A DNA stretch of 64,000 nucleotides from Octopus sinensis (GCF_006345805.1 NC_043007.1:27156001-27220000), one strand, 5' to 3'. Positions 14,132-29,742 are shown, counted from the stretch's first letter. Program-made: numbers and translations. Notes: generated by a model from the letters alone, not told the origin.

Positions 14132-15167
14132 ATTATATATATATATACATATATATATGACAAGTATTAGTATTTAGTATCTTTATACTGGACATTAAAT
14201 TATATATATATATATATATATATGTAGAGAGAGAGAGGGGAGACGGAGAGCCAGACAGAAGTGGAGAGAGATAAATAGTTAGATAGATAGAGGTATAGAT
14301 TGATATCCTGCAAGATATTCTACCATACACCCATCAAAATTAATCGAAACTTAATATAAATATAGACATCTATATAAATATACATGTGAGTGTATATGTG
14401 TAGGTTTGCATTATATAGTCTTCAGCTTGTCAATATATCAATATTATCTATAAAAGGCGAATAATCATTGAAAATAAACATTGGCGATATATTTTGTTTT
14501 ATTGTTAAACGATTGTTTGGGATGCATTGTGAATTAAAAGTCAAAGAGTGATAGATTTCTCAGTTCTTGCGATAATCTTAACCCTTATAAATCGTAGCGT
14601 TTTATTCAGTAATAAAAAAGCGTTACACGAATACGATTGAGGAAAAGGCCATGATATTAATAATGAAAGAACTGAAAGAGACGTAACGAAGAAATATAAA
14701 GAGATAAACACCTAAATATATATGTATATAAGGAAAGAAGAAGCTTCGGATAAAAGAAATACAGAATAACTCTAATACACTAAAGCAATTCGAGCAACAT
14801 TACCCAAAGAAATGAATAAAGGAACAAAGAAAGATAGCAAGAAAAACGCAGAGAGATATATATAGGAAATAAATGAACGTAAGAAATATATTTGGCATGT
14901 GGTGAGATTGGGTTTTCTTTGAAATCATAAGCGTGATCGATTTAGGCTTGTGGTTTCTCTCTGTAAAAACACATACTTGTTTTTGTTTGTGTTTGCAACC
15001 CTTCCATTATTTTTTTTTCGCAACCAGAAGGTAGAATTTTAAATCCATACTTAAAGATTTTATGCTGTTAGGCTTATACGGCCGAGGTGTTTTCTCTTCA
15101 GTGGATATGATGTAAACGCTGCGGCGATCGGTGGTTGTTCTTATTTCGTAAATACAAAGGTGGATGT

Positions 15168-15790
<623 letters not shown>

Positions 15791-16221
15791 TAACAACCTT
15801 CAATGGAGAGTTCGAACTTCTATACACACTCACAAACACGCGCACATAAATATATCTATTGATCGACTGATTGCTGCTGCCTATATATATATAAGGTCAG
15901 CAGTATATATATAGAATCATGGGTTTGAAACAGTTGTTACCTCACACGAGCGCATTCATCCTCAAATATATACTTACTACAAATAAAGACATACACGCAC
16001 ACACACGCACACACGTAAAGGCCCACGTATATATACACACACACAAATATAAATATACATATGTATACCTATATATATATATATATACACATATATACAT
16101 ATATGCATATATATATTTATATATATATGTATATATACATGTATATATACATATATTTATATATATATGTATATATACATGTATATATACATATTGATAT
16201 ATATATATATATATGTATAGA

Positions 16222-16267
<46 letters not shown>

Positions 16268-16307
16268 CATACATACACACATATATATATATGTATATGT
16301 ATGTATA

Positions 16308-16353
<46 letters not shown>

Positions 16354-17502
16354 TGTATATATACATATATGCGTGAATGGCGAATATAATACTTGGAGAG
16401 AAAAATAGGAACAAAGAAGTGTGTAAGGAAAAAAAAAGTGTATTCACTATAAAGAATGAATCAAAGGAAAGCCGGTAAATTTAAATAATGATAGAGAAAG
16501 GAAAGTAAGATATATGAGGGGAAAATAAAAAGCGAAAGCACAAATCAAAGTAGAAAAGGTATAAGTAGAGAAGAAAAAAAAGAGATCAAAGCGTTGAAGA
16601 GAAAAAGAAAATGGCAAAACAGGATATAAGATTTAAAGGAAGTATGATCGATATAAAGGAAAAATAACAATAAAGTATAGACAAAAGGAATCGAAGAAAT
16701 ATATAACAATATATTATATTATATTTGTGCTTGTTATTCGAGGGTAATCTACTTGCAAAATGGTGTGATGTCACAGAATGTATCCAGGGGAGATAATTTC
16801 GTTTAATAAAATTATATAAATGAACATAAGGTAATTAGGGTATACATCCTAATTAACTTCGGTGTATATACTATATTTTTCTTTCTGGTGTCTAATATTA
16901 GTAATGCTGCGTAAATAACAGTGTCTAAAGTCAGAGGAGGATTAGGTGAGAGATTTATGTGCTGAAAAAATAATCACAGATATATCACAAACTTTTGAAT
17001 TTTGAAATTCTGACCTGATAAACCTAATATTTCTTAGAAGAAATCTGAAATCTTAGAGTTACAACATCACGTTGAAAAATAAATACATTTGAGATGTTTC
17101 TTTAAATTTAAATTGTAGACACTTCACGAAATTTCATAATCTTTCTCCTGTTTTATTTTATGCGTCTCACAGTCTGACAATAATTTAAACTAATGGATAT
17201 CAACCATTGAGTATTTTGTTCAAATGCTGGTAATGTTTTTAAAAACCCTATGAAATATAGCATTCTCCCTGGATAAAACGATCCCTGTGAGATGGGGGTG
17301 GTTGCTGCAGCGACTCATTTGCCGCCATCGCCGCGTGGTGAGGATATACACGAGGTTTTTTTTCTGGTGAGTTCAAATAGTTACCGTTCCCCGCAGTCAT
17401 GAAACTTTAGGCAAATGATTCCCCACTACAGATCCTGGTCGACCCACTCATTTCAAATGGATTTGATAGGTACTGAAAGAAGCCCATCTAGTATATATAT
17501 AT

Positions 17503-17810
17503 GCTTGGCAGAATTTGAACTCAGAACTTAAAGCCAAAGAAACTGCTGCAAGCATTTTGTCCGACGCTCTAAATAAACTGCTATCGTGTCACCTTAGCGA
17601 CATAATGACTTCAAATTTTAGTACAAGGCTAGCAAATTGGAGGGAGGGGGGATTAAGTAGACCCCAGTACTCGACTGGTGTTTATTTTATCGACCCTGAA
17701 AGGTAAAGTCGGTCGCGGCTGAACTTGAACTGAGATCAAAACGAAAGACGGGTGAAATACCACTAAGCATTTTCCTTGGCGAGTTAACAATTCTACGATC
17801 CTGTCGCCTT
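17503..17810 (-). mobile_element. Two decayed SINE family B copies (17503-17594, 17612-17810)
   Basis: Divergent matches to the family B head and body. Confidence 0.6.
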
Positions 17811-18107
17811 AGCTTAATGACATATTACGAGATATATTTTTCCACCATTAGACTGATTCGTTCACCCACTACCATAGCTTAAGCAATTTATTAAAAAATC
17901 AAATATATTTTACCGTACTTATCAAAATATCATATAAATTTCCTTCTAAATCGTTTAGGTAATTTTGTAAGCGATCCTGACAGCTAATATTCAAATTGGT
18001 AACATGTTCACTTCTAAACGCAACTATCAGCTTTCATTTTCACGGAATCATTTGCGGGTGCACGGATTTCTCTCTGTGTTTCTGCATTTAAGTGCGTGCG
18101 TTTTAGC

Positions 18108-18139
<32 letters not shown>

Positions 18140-18429
18140 TATGCATCTGAATATCCGTTTATGTGCGTATCTATTTGTGTGAGTGTCATTGCACAAAAAC
18201 ATATTTGAATGTATTTTTCGTCATGGCTTTATATGATGCAGGATTGGTTTATGTGTGAGCGTATGTGTGCATGCTTTGATGTACACGAGCTTGTGCGTGT
18301 GTATATGCGTATTTTTGTGTGCGCGTATGTGTGAATGTGCGAGTCTGTACGAGGTGTCTGTTTTAACACGAGAGTATATTTATGCTAAAGTATTTGTAAG
18401 TGGACCTGTATGTACGTTTGTAGTGAGTT

Positions 18430-19200
18430 TAGTTATGTGTGAATAAGAGCGAGTACGCAGAAGATATATATGTTATTTGGATGTTTCTAGACTCTTTCAT
18501 GGAGATAATTATTAATTTCAAAGAAAGACAAAATTCTAAACTCCATCAGAATAGGATCCACTGATTTGGTTGCAATTGTTACAGCCCTCCAACCACTTCG
18601 TGAAGGTCCCATGAAAGTTTTCCAATGGAGAGTTGAACAGGATTCTAGTCACGGCTTTTTCCATCATCGATTCCACCTTGGAGAACAACCAAAAATCACA
18701 GAGTGTAACGTCTGGACTGTAGTGCGGGTGAGGGACACTTCTGATGCGCATCTCCGTCGTGTATTTGGTTAGCAGGATGCATTTGTAAACTGGAAAAAGA
18801 CCCGGTGTAGGTGCTCTGGTTTATGCCACGAAATCTCTTTTTGAACTCACTCAAAACCGCCATAAAATATTCTTTATCGACTGTCTAACCACAGGGAAAT
18901 CAGTGAATGCAGACGGTGCCCTCACAGTCGATAAAAGGTTATTATCATATGTTTTTCAATAGGAATTCTTTGTCTAGCTTCATGAGCCAGCGGAAAACAG
19001 ATGCTCGACTCATACAAGTAAACCCATAAGCATTGTGGAGCATTTCATAAGATTCTGTAGCATTTCTCCCAGTTTAGCACAAACCTGTATTGCACAACCT
19101 GCTTCCAAATTGTCTTCACACGCGACTGCATTCTGTAAACTAGTCAGCTGTGGCAATCTGTGTTTAACAGGGTGTATACAGTATGATTTCCCAACCGTCT
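18430..19200 (-). mobile_element. Internally deleted mariner transposase remnant
   Basis: ORF 18536-18751 has PHPHYSPDVTLCDFWLFSK (YSPDLAPxD motif); upstream EMLHNAYGFTCMSRASVFRW resembles the mariner N-terminal HTH region. Confidence 0.85.
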
Positions 19201-19294
19201 CCTTCAATCATCAATAACGAACGGTGGCAGGTCAGCTTATTAGATGTTATTCATGTTATACTAAAACTAGAACAATCTAGGACAGTCATAACTA

Positions 19295-19450
19295 AAGCTG
19301 TGGTAGGAAGCTTGCTTCCCAACCACATGGTTCTGGGCTCAGTCCCACTGCGTTGAACCTTGGACACGTGTCTTCTACTGTAGCCTCGGGGCGACCAAAG
19401 CACTATGAGTGGATTTATTAGACGGAAACTGAAAAAGGAGCACTTCGTAT
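19295..19450 (+). mobile_element. SINE family A, 5' half only
   Basis: Aligns to the head of 6573-6987; stops at the internal microsatellite. Confidence 0.75.
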
Positions 19451-19459
19451 ATATCTATA

Positions 19460-19503
<44 letters not shown>

Positions 19504-19546
19504 CATAAATAGGTGTATATGTGTATATGTGTGTGTGTGTGTGTGC

Positions 19547-19578
<32 letters not shown>

Positions 19579-20346
19579 GTGTGTGCTTTTGCGTGTGTGT
19601 GTGTGTGTGTGTGTGTCTGACAGCTATAATATATGACCGAGTGTAATCTTGAATGCAATAATAGTGAGAAATAAGGCAAACAAGAGACAGAGGAAGCTGC
19701 GCGAACAGGAAAAAAAAGGGAGGGGGATGATAGCAAAGGAGCTGAGTTGGGTTCATTTTAGGTAAATAAGCAGTTTGCAAAAGAGAGCGCCAGGAAAAAA
19801 AAAAAAGAAAAAAGGAAAAAAGATAAAGAGACGAACAAACCAAAATAGAGAGAAAACCAGTGTCTGTTTAAGGCAGGTAATTAGCTACAACTGATTATTC
19901 TCATAAGGAAGGATAATCTAAAATTCTGAACACCTGATTTCACTTAATAATGCGTGTAGGAACATAGCGTACATATAAAGTAAACGTTGTTAGCGCCAGG
20001 TTTGTGATGACCCAGCAGAGATCGGAACAGAACGCCAATGTCGCGATCACCCAGGCTTTTTTTATTTTTTATTTAAATCGTGTATGGCAATATTACGCAA
20101 TAAGTCGTATGTTTGTTACGACAAATTTGAGGGAGATACACCTGCTCTTTTTGAGTAGATTGCGCGTTTCTATAATAGCTTAGTCGTTAGCTCATATATG
20201 TAAAGATTACAACCATAAACAAACATGTAGTTGTGTGTGTACATATGTGTGTGTGCGTGTGATCGTGTCCACGTCAGTATATATACATATATATATATAT
20301 GTGTATATTGGCAGGGCTTACTGCTAGGGAGTCGGCCATACATATA

Positions 20347-20384
<38 letters not shown>

Positions 20385-20589
20385 ATATATATACAAACAT
20401 GCACACACATATATATATATACATATATATATATATACGTATATACGTATATATATATATATATATACATACACACACACACGCACATATATATGTATAC
20501 ATACATATGTACATATATATATATATATACATACATTATATATATATATATATATACATGCATACATACATACATGTATACATACACAC

Positions 20590-20633
<44 letters not shown>

Positions 20634-21110
20634 TATAATATATATATATATATACAAATATACGTATATCAGAAACAACAAAAACATATGTGTGTACTGT
20701 GCGTGTATGTATGTGCGTTTGTGTGTGTGTGCGTCAGCGTCAACATATATATATATATGTGTACGTTTGCCAGAAGAAAGGGAAACATATGGATGTGTGG
20801 GTTGAAACTAGGATTATGTAATATAAAAACTTAGTAATGTAGGTCTATGCGTAATTACGTATGTATTTATGCGCGCGCACGCACACAAACTTATATATAA
20901 ATTTATACATTTTATGTTTACACACACACACGCATATACACCTACGTAGATATCTACATACGTATATATCAAAATAAATGCATTTATATATGTATATACA
21001 TACACATACATATATATACATATATATGTATGTGTGTATGTGCGTGTGCGTGCGTATGCTTGTGTGTCTTTGTATGTAGTAATAGGAGTCCTAGTAATAG
21101 TAGTAGTAGC

Positions 21111-21160
<50 letters not shown>

Positions 21161-21225
21161 CATTCTTCTTCTTTTTTTTCTTCTTCTTCTATTTCTTCTT
21201 CTTCTTATTATTAGTAGTAGTGGCG

Positions 21226-21284
<59 letters not shown>

Positions 21285-21358
21285 GGTAGTAGTAGTAGTA
21301 GTAGTAGATTAAGTGTTGATGAAGTCCGGAGACCGTTAACGAGAGTAAGACAGAGAGA

Positions 21359-21389
<31 letters not shown>

Positions 21390-22388
21390 CGAGAGAAAGA
21401 GAGAGAGAGAGAAAGATTGAAGCATGATGATGGTGGTGTATGGTGGTGGTGAAGAGAGAGAGAGAGAGAGAGAGAGGAATGGAAAGAAAAGCCAAAGCAG
21501 TCTGTGGGTTTGTAGAAGACTTAAGTTTATATTTCAGGAGACAGAATTAATTAGTATTGTCATATTTGCAAATTAAGTCGTTGACAGATATGACATATTT
21601 CAGATATTTTTCTAAACATCTTCATTTACTAATGTTGGTTTTGTGTTTCATCATATAGATTATTGCTTTCGTTGTTGTTGTTGTTGCTGTTATCGATTTT
21701 TATTGTTACTCACTTTTTTTTTTATATATTCTGTTTCGTTTTATTTTCATGATTCTCAATATTGTTGTTGTAGTTTTGTGGTAAAAGTCTTATTGATAAT
21801 ACTGCCGTTCACGATTTTATGTATAGTTAAGTTGTCGAGGTCAATATTCAGTTGTGAGAGAGAGAGTGTTGGTGTACAATTGAAGGTCTTTCTCAGGGTC
21901 ATTGGTGTCACAAGTTCAATCTGTTGGTTCGATGCTGGTATATTTCATTATTTTAAACATCTACATCATTGATTCCCAACTGTATTTTGCGACATACGGT
22001 CTTCTACGTGGTTGTTTGACTTGGGAAAAATCACTCTCGAAAAAGACGGGTCTGCTTTCCCTGTACATAGCAAAACGCCAGAATTATTACAACTGGAATG
22101 CTTTGATCAAGGCTGAGATTTAGTCAAACAACTGCAATAACACGAGCAAATTTAATATTTTTGTAACCACGATATTGTATCTTTTTCACATAAACTTATT
22201 GGCTGTAATCCAACTTCACATAAATATATTGGTCATACATCACTTCATGGTTCTTAAATTTCTACCATTTTCTAACCTTTCGAAATCTTTGAACAATAAC
22301 ATCATTAAAGCTAACGTGATATATCCAAAGTGGGATATTGACTTCAAAACTGACTGCTCTGAGAGTTCAAGATATTCCTTCTCTAAGC

Positions 22389-22972
22389 GTCTCGAGTTGG
22401 CAGAAACGTTAGCACGCCAGGCGAACTGCTTAGGTGTATTTTGTCTGCCGCTGTGTTCTGAGTTCAAATTCCACCGAGGTCGACTTTGCCTTTCATCCTT
22501 TCGGAGTCGATAAATTGGGTCAATTGAATCGACTTAATCCGTTTGTCTGTCCTTGTTTGTCCTCTCTGTGGTTAGCCCCTTGTGGGTAGTAAAGAAATAA
22601 GTACTTCGTCTGCCTTTACATTCTGAGTCCAAATTCCGCCGAGATCGACTTTGCCTTTCATCCTTTCGGAGTCAATAAATTAAGTACCAGTTACGCACTG
22701 AGGTCGATGGAATCGACTTAATCCGTTTGTCTGTCCTTGTTTGTCCTCTCTGTGGTTAGCCCCTTGTGGGTAGTAAAGAAATAGGTTTTTCGTCTGCCGT
22801 TACATTCTGAGTTCATATTCCGCCGAGGTCGACTTTGCCTTTCATCCTTTCGGAGTCGATAAATTAAGTACCAGTTACGCACTGGGGTCGATGGAATCGA
22901 CTTAATCCCTTTGTCTGTCCTTGTTTGTCCTGTCTGTGGTTAGCCCCTTGTTGGTAATAAAGAAATAGGTAT
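22389..22972 (+). mobile_element. SINE family B trimer: one head plus three tandem ~180-bp bodies
   Basis: Bodies at ~22430-22604, 22605-22785 and 22786-22972, joined at AAGAAATA(G)GT(A)TTTCGTCTGCC. Confidence 0.85.
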
Positions 22973-24120
22973 ATATACACAAGGTGATCTGATTTCTTGT
23001 ATGAAGAGACAAACAATAGTGAACGAATCTATAGTGTTGCATAAGATCAAAATACTTTCCTGTGACGCAGTATTATATTTAGCGATCAGGGACCTTACCA
23101 CCATCATCTCTGTTTGAAGTTTACAGACAATTTCCATTATTCTTCTAAACAGTCACGAAGAGTGCGTTTCTGCTGTTCATTAAGTAACTGAAAATGAGTA
23201 ATATAGGTTTGCAATGGTCAGTAGACATTATAATTGCAATATCATTTATGATCTTAGCCATTGAGAAAACATCATCAATTATTCAGAGATCATATGAAGG
23301 TTGAAGTTGCATTTGTTTCAGATCAATGGCTAAATCCATCGTCACCATTATTATCAAGGGTGATTTCTTGGAGTTTTGCCTGCTCTATTTATCAAGTTTA
23401 CTGACCGCTTAATATACACAAGTTGAAATTTGTAAAGCATAATAATGCCTCAGAATATGGAAGTTCTTAATAAATATCAGGGTAATCCATTCGCCGTGTA
23501 TTAAGTGAAGTTCAATATTAGCTAAAATTCCCAATCATTTGGTTTCTAAATTGTAAAGTTAGTGAAATTATAAACGCTTGTTCCATCTTAAACATTGGAA
23601 AGTGTTCAAAGTGTAAAATTATATTTCGTCTGTATCTCTATATTGGAGTTACTTTGTCTGTTAATATTATATCAAGAGAAAGGACTTACATGTATAAATG
23701 GAAGATTTCAACAAGGCAATTATTCATTCAGTGTGAGGAAATTAACATGAGATGTCTTCGATTCATCTCAAAGCAGCGAATGTTCCGAACAATTGAAGCA
23801 TTCACCGATTATCAATAATATCCTTAATATAACCGCAAATATTGACAATGAGGTCAATGACCGAACTGCAATAATGAAGTGTAAACATGCACACATTACT
23901 GAAGGGATTGACCTCACTTGATTAGTAAGGGAGGTGAACTGATCTGACCAGTAAAAATCGAAGTCTGATAAATGACCAATAAAAATTGGTTAATACATGT
24001 CTGCGTTGTTCAGAAGCTGGCCTCGTAGCTGTGTGTATTCAGGTTCTGTAGCACAGTGCAGGATATTGGTTAAGTGTCATGTGCAACACAATCATGTTAA
24101 TGAAAATTAGGCGAATGAAA

Positions 24121-24350
24121 GGCGGCGAGCTAACAGAAACGTTAGGACGCCGGGCGAAACGCTTAGCAGTATTTCGTCTGCTGCTACGTTCTGAGTTCAA
24201 ATTCCGCCGAGGTCGACTTTGACTTTCATCCTTTCGGGGTCGATTAAATAAGTACCAGTTACGCACATGGGTCGATATAATCGACTTAATCCGTTAGTCT
24301 GTCCTTATTTGTCCTCCCTGTGTTTAGCCCCTTGTGGGTAGTGACAAATA
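24121..24350 (+). mobile_element. SINE family B with 19-bp target-site duplication
   Basis: GAAAATTAGGCGAATGAAA at 24102-24120 and 24351-24369 flanks the full element. Confidence 0.92.
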
Positions 24351-24384
24351 GAAAATTAGGCGAATGAAATTTGTTATAGAGAGA

Positions 24385-24600
24385 CTGAGCGAGTGAAGAC
24401 GGGGAGCGCTGAGCGTCGAGCATGGTGCTCGCGATCGTGAGATCGGGGTTTCCCGGGCCGTGTGGTTTGTTGTATTCTTGGGCATAACACCTTATTTCTC
24501 GCTGCCCCAGTCTACTCGCCTGTACGTTTGTTACCTTGTCAGAGGCTGGCGTCACGTTCAGGGGTTCATCTCGGCCGCGTATACGCCATGAGAACCAGGT
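24385..24600 (+). mobile_element. Diverged tRNA-type SINE (family D)
   Basis: GC-rich tRNA-like head followed by TTGTATTCTTGGGCATAACACCTTATTTCTC, a CORE/Deu-like motif. Confidence 0.45.
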
Positions 24601-25225
24601 AGTGTGCCTTATGACACCCAGGACTCGAAACCGTAATGTCCAAGGATGACGAATACTTGAGTGCTAGTGTTTGCTTCGAGCTCTTACTTGATGCGGTTGA
24701 GGTCATTCCAGGTCAGTAGTCCCAGAGACATCAAGATGCGTAAAGCCGACCAGGTCCACAAGTGCCCTTCATCGCTGGCTTCTCTGTAGCCCGATACATT
24801 AATTTATCAACATCCGAATGAAGAATGCTATACTGCTGGAAACCCATCACAGGGAAGATGCCTATTTGTGGATACCAGACTTTACAACCTACCGCCTACA
24901 TTTTGTTTCCGTCTATCGCTATCTTTGGAAATCTTTAGTAAATAGGAATAGGTTAATTCACAAGCTTTGAATTATTTTCAAAAGATAAAATATTCCACAT
25001 TATCGAAGAAGGCCAACATCCGTTAAATGATTGCAAATATAGATGTCTAGATCAAAGACCAGACTCCAATAACCAGCTGTTTCTTTATTGATAGACGCGA
25101 AATCATGAAGTATCTGAGAGAATTTGGATTTGGTATTGAATTAAAAACTCATGGAATCGCCAATTCATGTAAATGGCATGAAGATTATCAGGCAATGTAA
25201 AAGCCATTATTGCGAATGTTTTCAA

Positions 25226-25261
<36 letters not shown>

Positions 25262-25399
25262 GCTGGAAACAATATCAAAATCACCAGACTGGAATTAAAC
25301 CCTAACGTCTTAAATACGGGCATGTAGAAAATGAGTTCAAAGCACCACCAGCTCTCGTCGACACAAAAAGGAGGTGGAGCAATGATTCCGATGGATTCG

Positions 25400-26480
25400 G
25401 TTGATAACTACCTCATTCCAACATGTCATAACTGTTGATTAACAAAACACCTTAAATTAGTAATGATTAGACACTGAAAATGTTGATACAGCACAATTTT
25501 CTTGTTCTCTGTGTATCTAACAGCCGGCTAAATATATTTCGATACTCGTGGAATATAGCTTAGAGAAGTAGTGATATCCGGGAAAATTCTAAGCAAGGTT
25601 TTCGTAGGATAACATGAAGAACAAACTAGACAGCTGATTTTCTCAAACATTCAGTGCTCTTCAGCATCTGCCCTTTGCAGAATTCTGCCGTGGATTTTTT
25701 TCTGCTGACATTATTGAGTCTTTAGAGGTGTATATATATTTGATAATGTTCCAGATGTTAGACGTCCAGATCTGGTCTTCGTTTGGCTCTGAAAGAAACC
25801 TCGTGGAACTGAGGATCTGTGAAGAAAAAGATTTCTGATAAAGAATGATCCCAGTGCATAACTGGTACTTATTTAATCGACCCCCGAAAGGATGAAAGGC
25901 AACGTCGACCTCAGCGGAATTTGACCTCAGAACGTAACGACAGATGCAATACCGCTAGGCATTTCGCGCGGCATGCTAACGATTCTGCCAGCTCGCCGCC
26001 CTTTTATTGTACTGCCTTCTACTTTTGGAACTGTTTCAGCTGATAGACTTGCAACCTATATTCTAAGGAATGACATTTTCCTAGGAAAATTCTGGACGTC
26101 CAAAGAAACCAGACCAATCTTCTGTGGTAGGTGAATAAGCATTCACGATTGTAGAAACACTACTTTGACTGCCAGTTACGTTCTATAACCTTTCCCAGAT
26201 AAAGGAACGCCTGTATTTCTAACGGTAGTATATTCCAAAATGACTGTGCCACTCCTCCACCCAATTCTGTCTGAACACGAGATATGTATGCCTGTAGTCA
26301 TCACAAACGGGTTTGGATGCGTACGTTCCAGAAATTCAGGTCTCGGCAATGGCTATAATATGTATAGCTGTGTAAAGCCGTTGAGAAATTAACTTTGTTT
26401 CTGAGCTAATCAAAAACTACATACGATTACAAACTCTGCTTTGAATGACACCGTGTCCATAGAAGAAAATAGAGGCAGAG
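25400..26480 (-). mobile_element. Decayed RTE-type LINE, AP-endonuclease region, split by a SINE
   Basis: Fragmentary motifs IAIAET, NAYSPTTED, FFQSQTKT and WNIIKYIYT match APE motifs (ALSETR, AYAPT, TFFQ..KTTW, WHLIDYII); many stops and frameshifts. Confidence 0.55.
25852..26001 (-). mobile_element. SINE family B (no tail) inserted in an RTE remnant
   Basis: Match to family B head and central domain. Confidence 0.8.
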
Positions 26481-26634
26481 GTCACTTCGAGAAAGACAGT
26501 TGTTCTCTATCCTTTATTTTGGTAGGAGTCCTGTCAAGAGCGCTTTGTAAAAGTGCGGTGTGTATTCTTTTTCTAAAAACTCCAACAGAGTATTATAAAC
26601 GTCTACTGATATTTTTATAAATAATTTATGTTTG

Positions 26635-26765
26635 GGTGGCGGCAAGCTGGCAGAATCGTTAGCACACTGGGCAAAATGCTTTGCGGAATTCCGTCCAACG
26701 TTACGTTGCGTGTTCAAGTTCAGTCGACTTCACCATTCCTACTTTCGGGGTCGATAAACTAACTA
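26635..26765 (+). mobile_element. SINE family B, partial
   Basis: Head and central domain, divergent. Confidence 0.7.
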
Positions 26766-27133
26766 TCAGCGGAGTTTTTTGAGGATGAATTTATCAAGTC
26801 CTTCGCCTACTTTTGATATTTCGCCTTTATATTATTTTGTTGCCATCTCCATCAGCCCACAATTGTTTATCTTGTAACGACGAAGTTGACTTGACGTAGT
26901 TTTCTATTTGTATTTGCTCGTGTTGTTTTTTCCCAAATGGTTGTTAGCGTTGTTGACGTGGGTATTACAACATTTCGGATTGTGGAGGCGGAAGACTTTG
27001 TTACTTTTGTTGTTCTTCGTGTTATTACAGTGATTTTGCTGGTGGGCATGTATTTTGTGTGAAATTCGTTCTTAGCCCTTGCAATAATAATAATAATAAT
27101 AATAAAAATAATGATGATAATAATAATAATAAC

Positions 27134-27182
<49 letters not shown>

Positions 27183-27359
27183 TCATTATTTTTTCATCAT
27201 TTCATTATTATATGTAAACCCCAAAACTTTACATCTGTCTCTGTATTGTTCTTTTCATCCTTCGCCCTTGTGGCAAATGAATGAAATTATATCATCATCA
27301 TCATCATCATCATTATTATTATTATTATTATTATTATCATTATTATTATTATTATCATT

Positions 27360-27390
<31 letters not shown>

Positions 27391-27508
27391 TTATTATTAT
27401 TATTCTTTAGAAAATGGATAGTCTACATTAAATAAACACATTAGCAGCTCACAATTTACCAGTCCATACACACATACGCACGTATATGTTTGTATGTATG
27501 CATGTATG

Positions 27509-27556
<48 letters not shown>

Positions 27557-28165
27557 TATATTATACAGTATACATATATATACATATATATATATATATA
27601 TACATATAATATACATTATATACCTATATATAATATATATCATATATATATATATATTATATAATATATACCTATATATATATATATGTACCTATATATA
27701 TATACCTATATACATATATGTATATATATATAGACACACACATATATATGTATAAATATATATATGAATATATACACATATATATAGACGTACATGTATA
27801 TATGTACGTACATACGTATTTACGTGTGTAGGTACGTATGTATAGATGTATGTACGTATATATATGTATATATGTGTGTGTACATTCAATCAAACATAAT
27901 ATAATGTTGAATAGAGAAATGAGAATGAAGGCGAAAATTGAATCTAAAGTCATATAAGGAAGACATTTTCTTTCTATGTTTTCCATCTATGACTGTGAGT
28001 CATAGATCTTTTATGACTTTCCTTTAAAAGATTTTTATCTATAAAAGATCTTTATAGGCGGATATCAAACTATAGGTAAAGGGAAGACTTCGTTCTTTAT
28101 CCGAAATTTTTTCAACTTGCTTGATAGGGTTGGCTTCAAGGCGTTCGCAGTATGTATATATACAT

Positions 28166-28209
<44 letters not shown>

Positions 28210-28247
28210 GCATTTATATATATATACACATACATATATATATATAT

Positions 28248-28278
<31 letters not shown>

Positions 28279-28396
28279 TATGTATGGTATATATATATAT
28301 ATACACACATATACTTATACATAATATACATATATATATACATATATACATATATATATATGTATATGTATGTATATAATATATATTATATTATAT

Positions 28397-28427
<31 letters not shown>

Positions 28428-28554
28428 GGAGAGAGAGAGAGAGAGAGATTGATAGATAGATAGATAGATAGATGGATAGATATATGTATGTATTTATTAG
28501 AATCTTGTCGATGATTATAACTATAACAATATCAGTGCATTGAATATAATAAAG

Positions 28555-28639
<85 letters not shown>

Positions 28640-29042
28640 GCAAAATCAAAAATATATTTGACATTTTCATTGGTTGCAAGCTCACACAAATACACCACAA
28701 GTCGCTTCTCAGAAAAGAGGGATACAAAATGTTCATGGATACGCAGGAAATAAGGGTTAGGGCATGAACCTAATGCAATATATTGAGACGGATGAACATT
28801 TTGTATGCTAACGCGCATGCGTCGTTATTGGGTGAAGACCCTCGGTTTGCTATCACGTACCTCCGGGTTCTGGCGTCTGCTATAGAACCAGAATGAGTGT
28901 TTCTCGAGTGAATTTGGAAAACAAAAGATGCGTGGATGTCTATCATACACAAATACACGCACGCACATACTAAGGAGACATACGTAAAGACCAAAGTAAA
29001 CAATTTTTGAAGTATTGTTGAAAATTATACCATAATATACAA

Positions 29043-29438
29043 AGGAGTGGCTGTGTGGTAAGTAGTTTGCTTACCAACCACATGGTTCCGGGTTCAGTCC
29101 CACTGCGTGGCATCTTGGGCAAGTGTCTTCTGCTATAGCCTCGGGCCGACCAAAGCCTTGTGAGTGGATTCGGTAGAGGGAAACTGAAAGAAGCCTGTCG
29201 TATATATATATATATATATATATGTATATGTTTGTCTGTGTTTGTCTCTCTAGCATTGCTTGACAACCGATGCTGGTGTGTTTATGTCCCCGTCACTTAG
29301 CGGTTCGGCAAAAGAGACTGATAGAATAAGTACTGGGCTTACAAAAAGAATAAGTCCCGGGGTCGATTTGCTCGACTAAAGGCGGTGCTCCAGTATGGCC
29401 GCAGTCAAATGACTGAAACAAGTAAAAGAGTAAAGAGT
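29043..29438 (+). mobile_element. SINE family A, near full length
   Basis: Collinear with 6573-6987; (AGAGTAA)-type tail. Confidence 0.85.
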
Positions 29439-29653
29439 AACCATCATCTGTTAAGATCTTAAATTCAACTTATTTTGGATTTGGCTGGGTCTAAGTAAAT
29501 CAAACCACCAATTTAAAATCTATCTATCTATCTTTCTCTCTTTATATATATATATATATAAAATATTATTAGAGACAAAACCACTATTTTGCAAAACAAA
29601 CAAGGAAAGACTTAATCAATACATAAAATTTTAATAAATAGTCAAAAAAACCG

Positions 29654-29696
29654 CCACTACAATCGTTTCTTGTCTTGATCGACAATCTTCAGGTGG
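29654..29696 (-). ncRNA. Type I hammerhead ribozyme (left arm of palindrome)
   Basis: Exact reverse complement of the ribozyme at 29743-29785. Confidence 0.85.
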
Positions 29697-29742
29697 ACTT
29701 CCAATAAGTCAGTTTCAAATTATGAACTGACTTATTGGAAGT

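Noticed and set aside
20155-20192. Minus-strand CTAACGA...GAAACGCG beside a TA tract
   Set aside because: Lesions in core, stem II, U16.1 and stem I; too degenerate to call.
22389-22972. Tandem ~180-bp repeats superficially like a CRISPR or satellite array
   Set aside because: No unique spacers; units are SINE bodies found dispersed elsewhere; eukaryotic context.
25640-25820. Strong minus-strand acceptor and 54-codon open frame
   Set aside because: Better explained as part of the decayed RTE endonuclease remnant.
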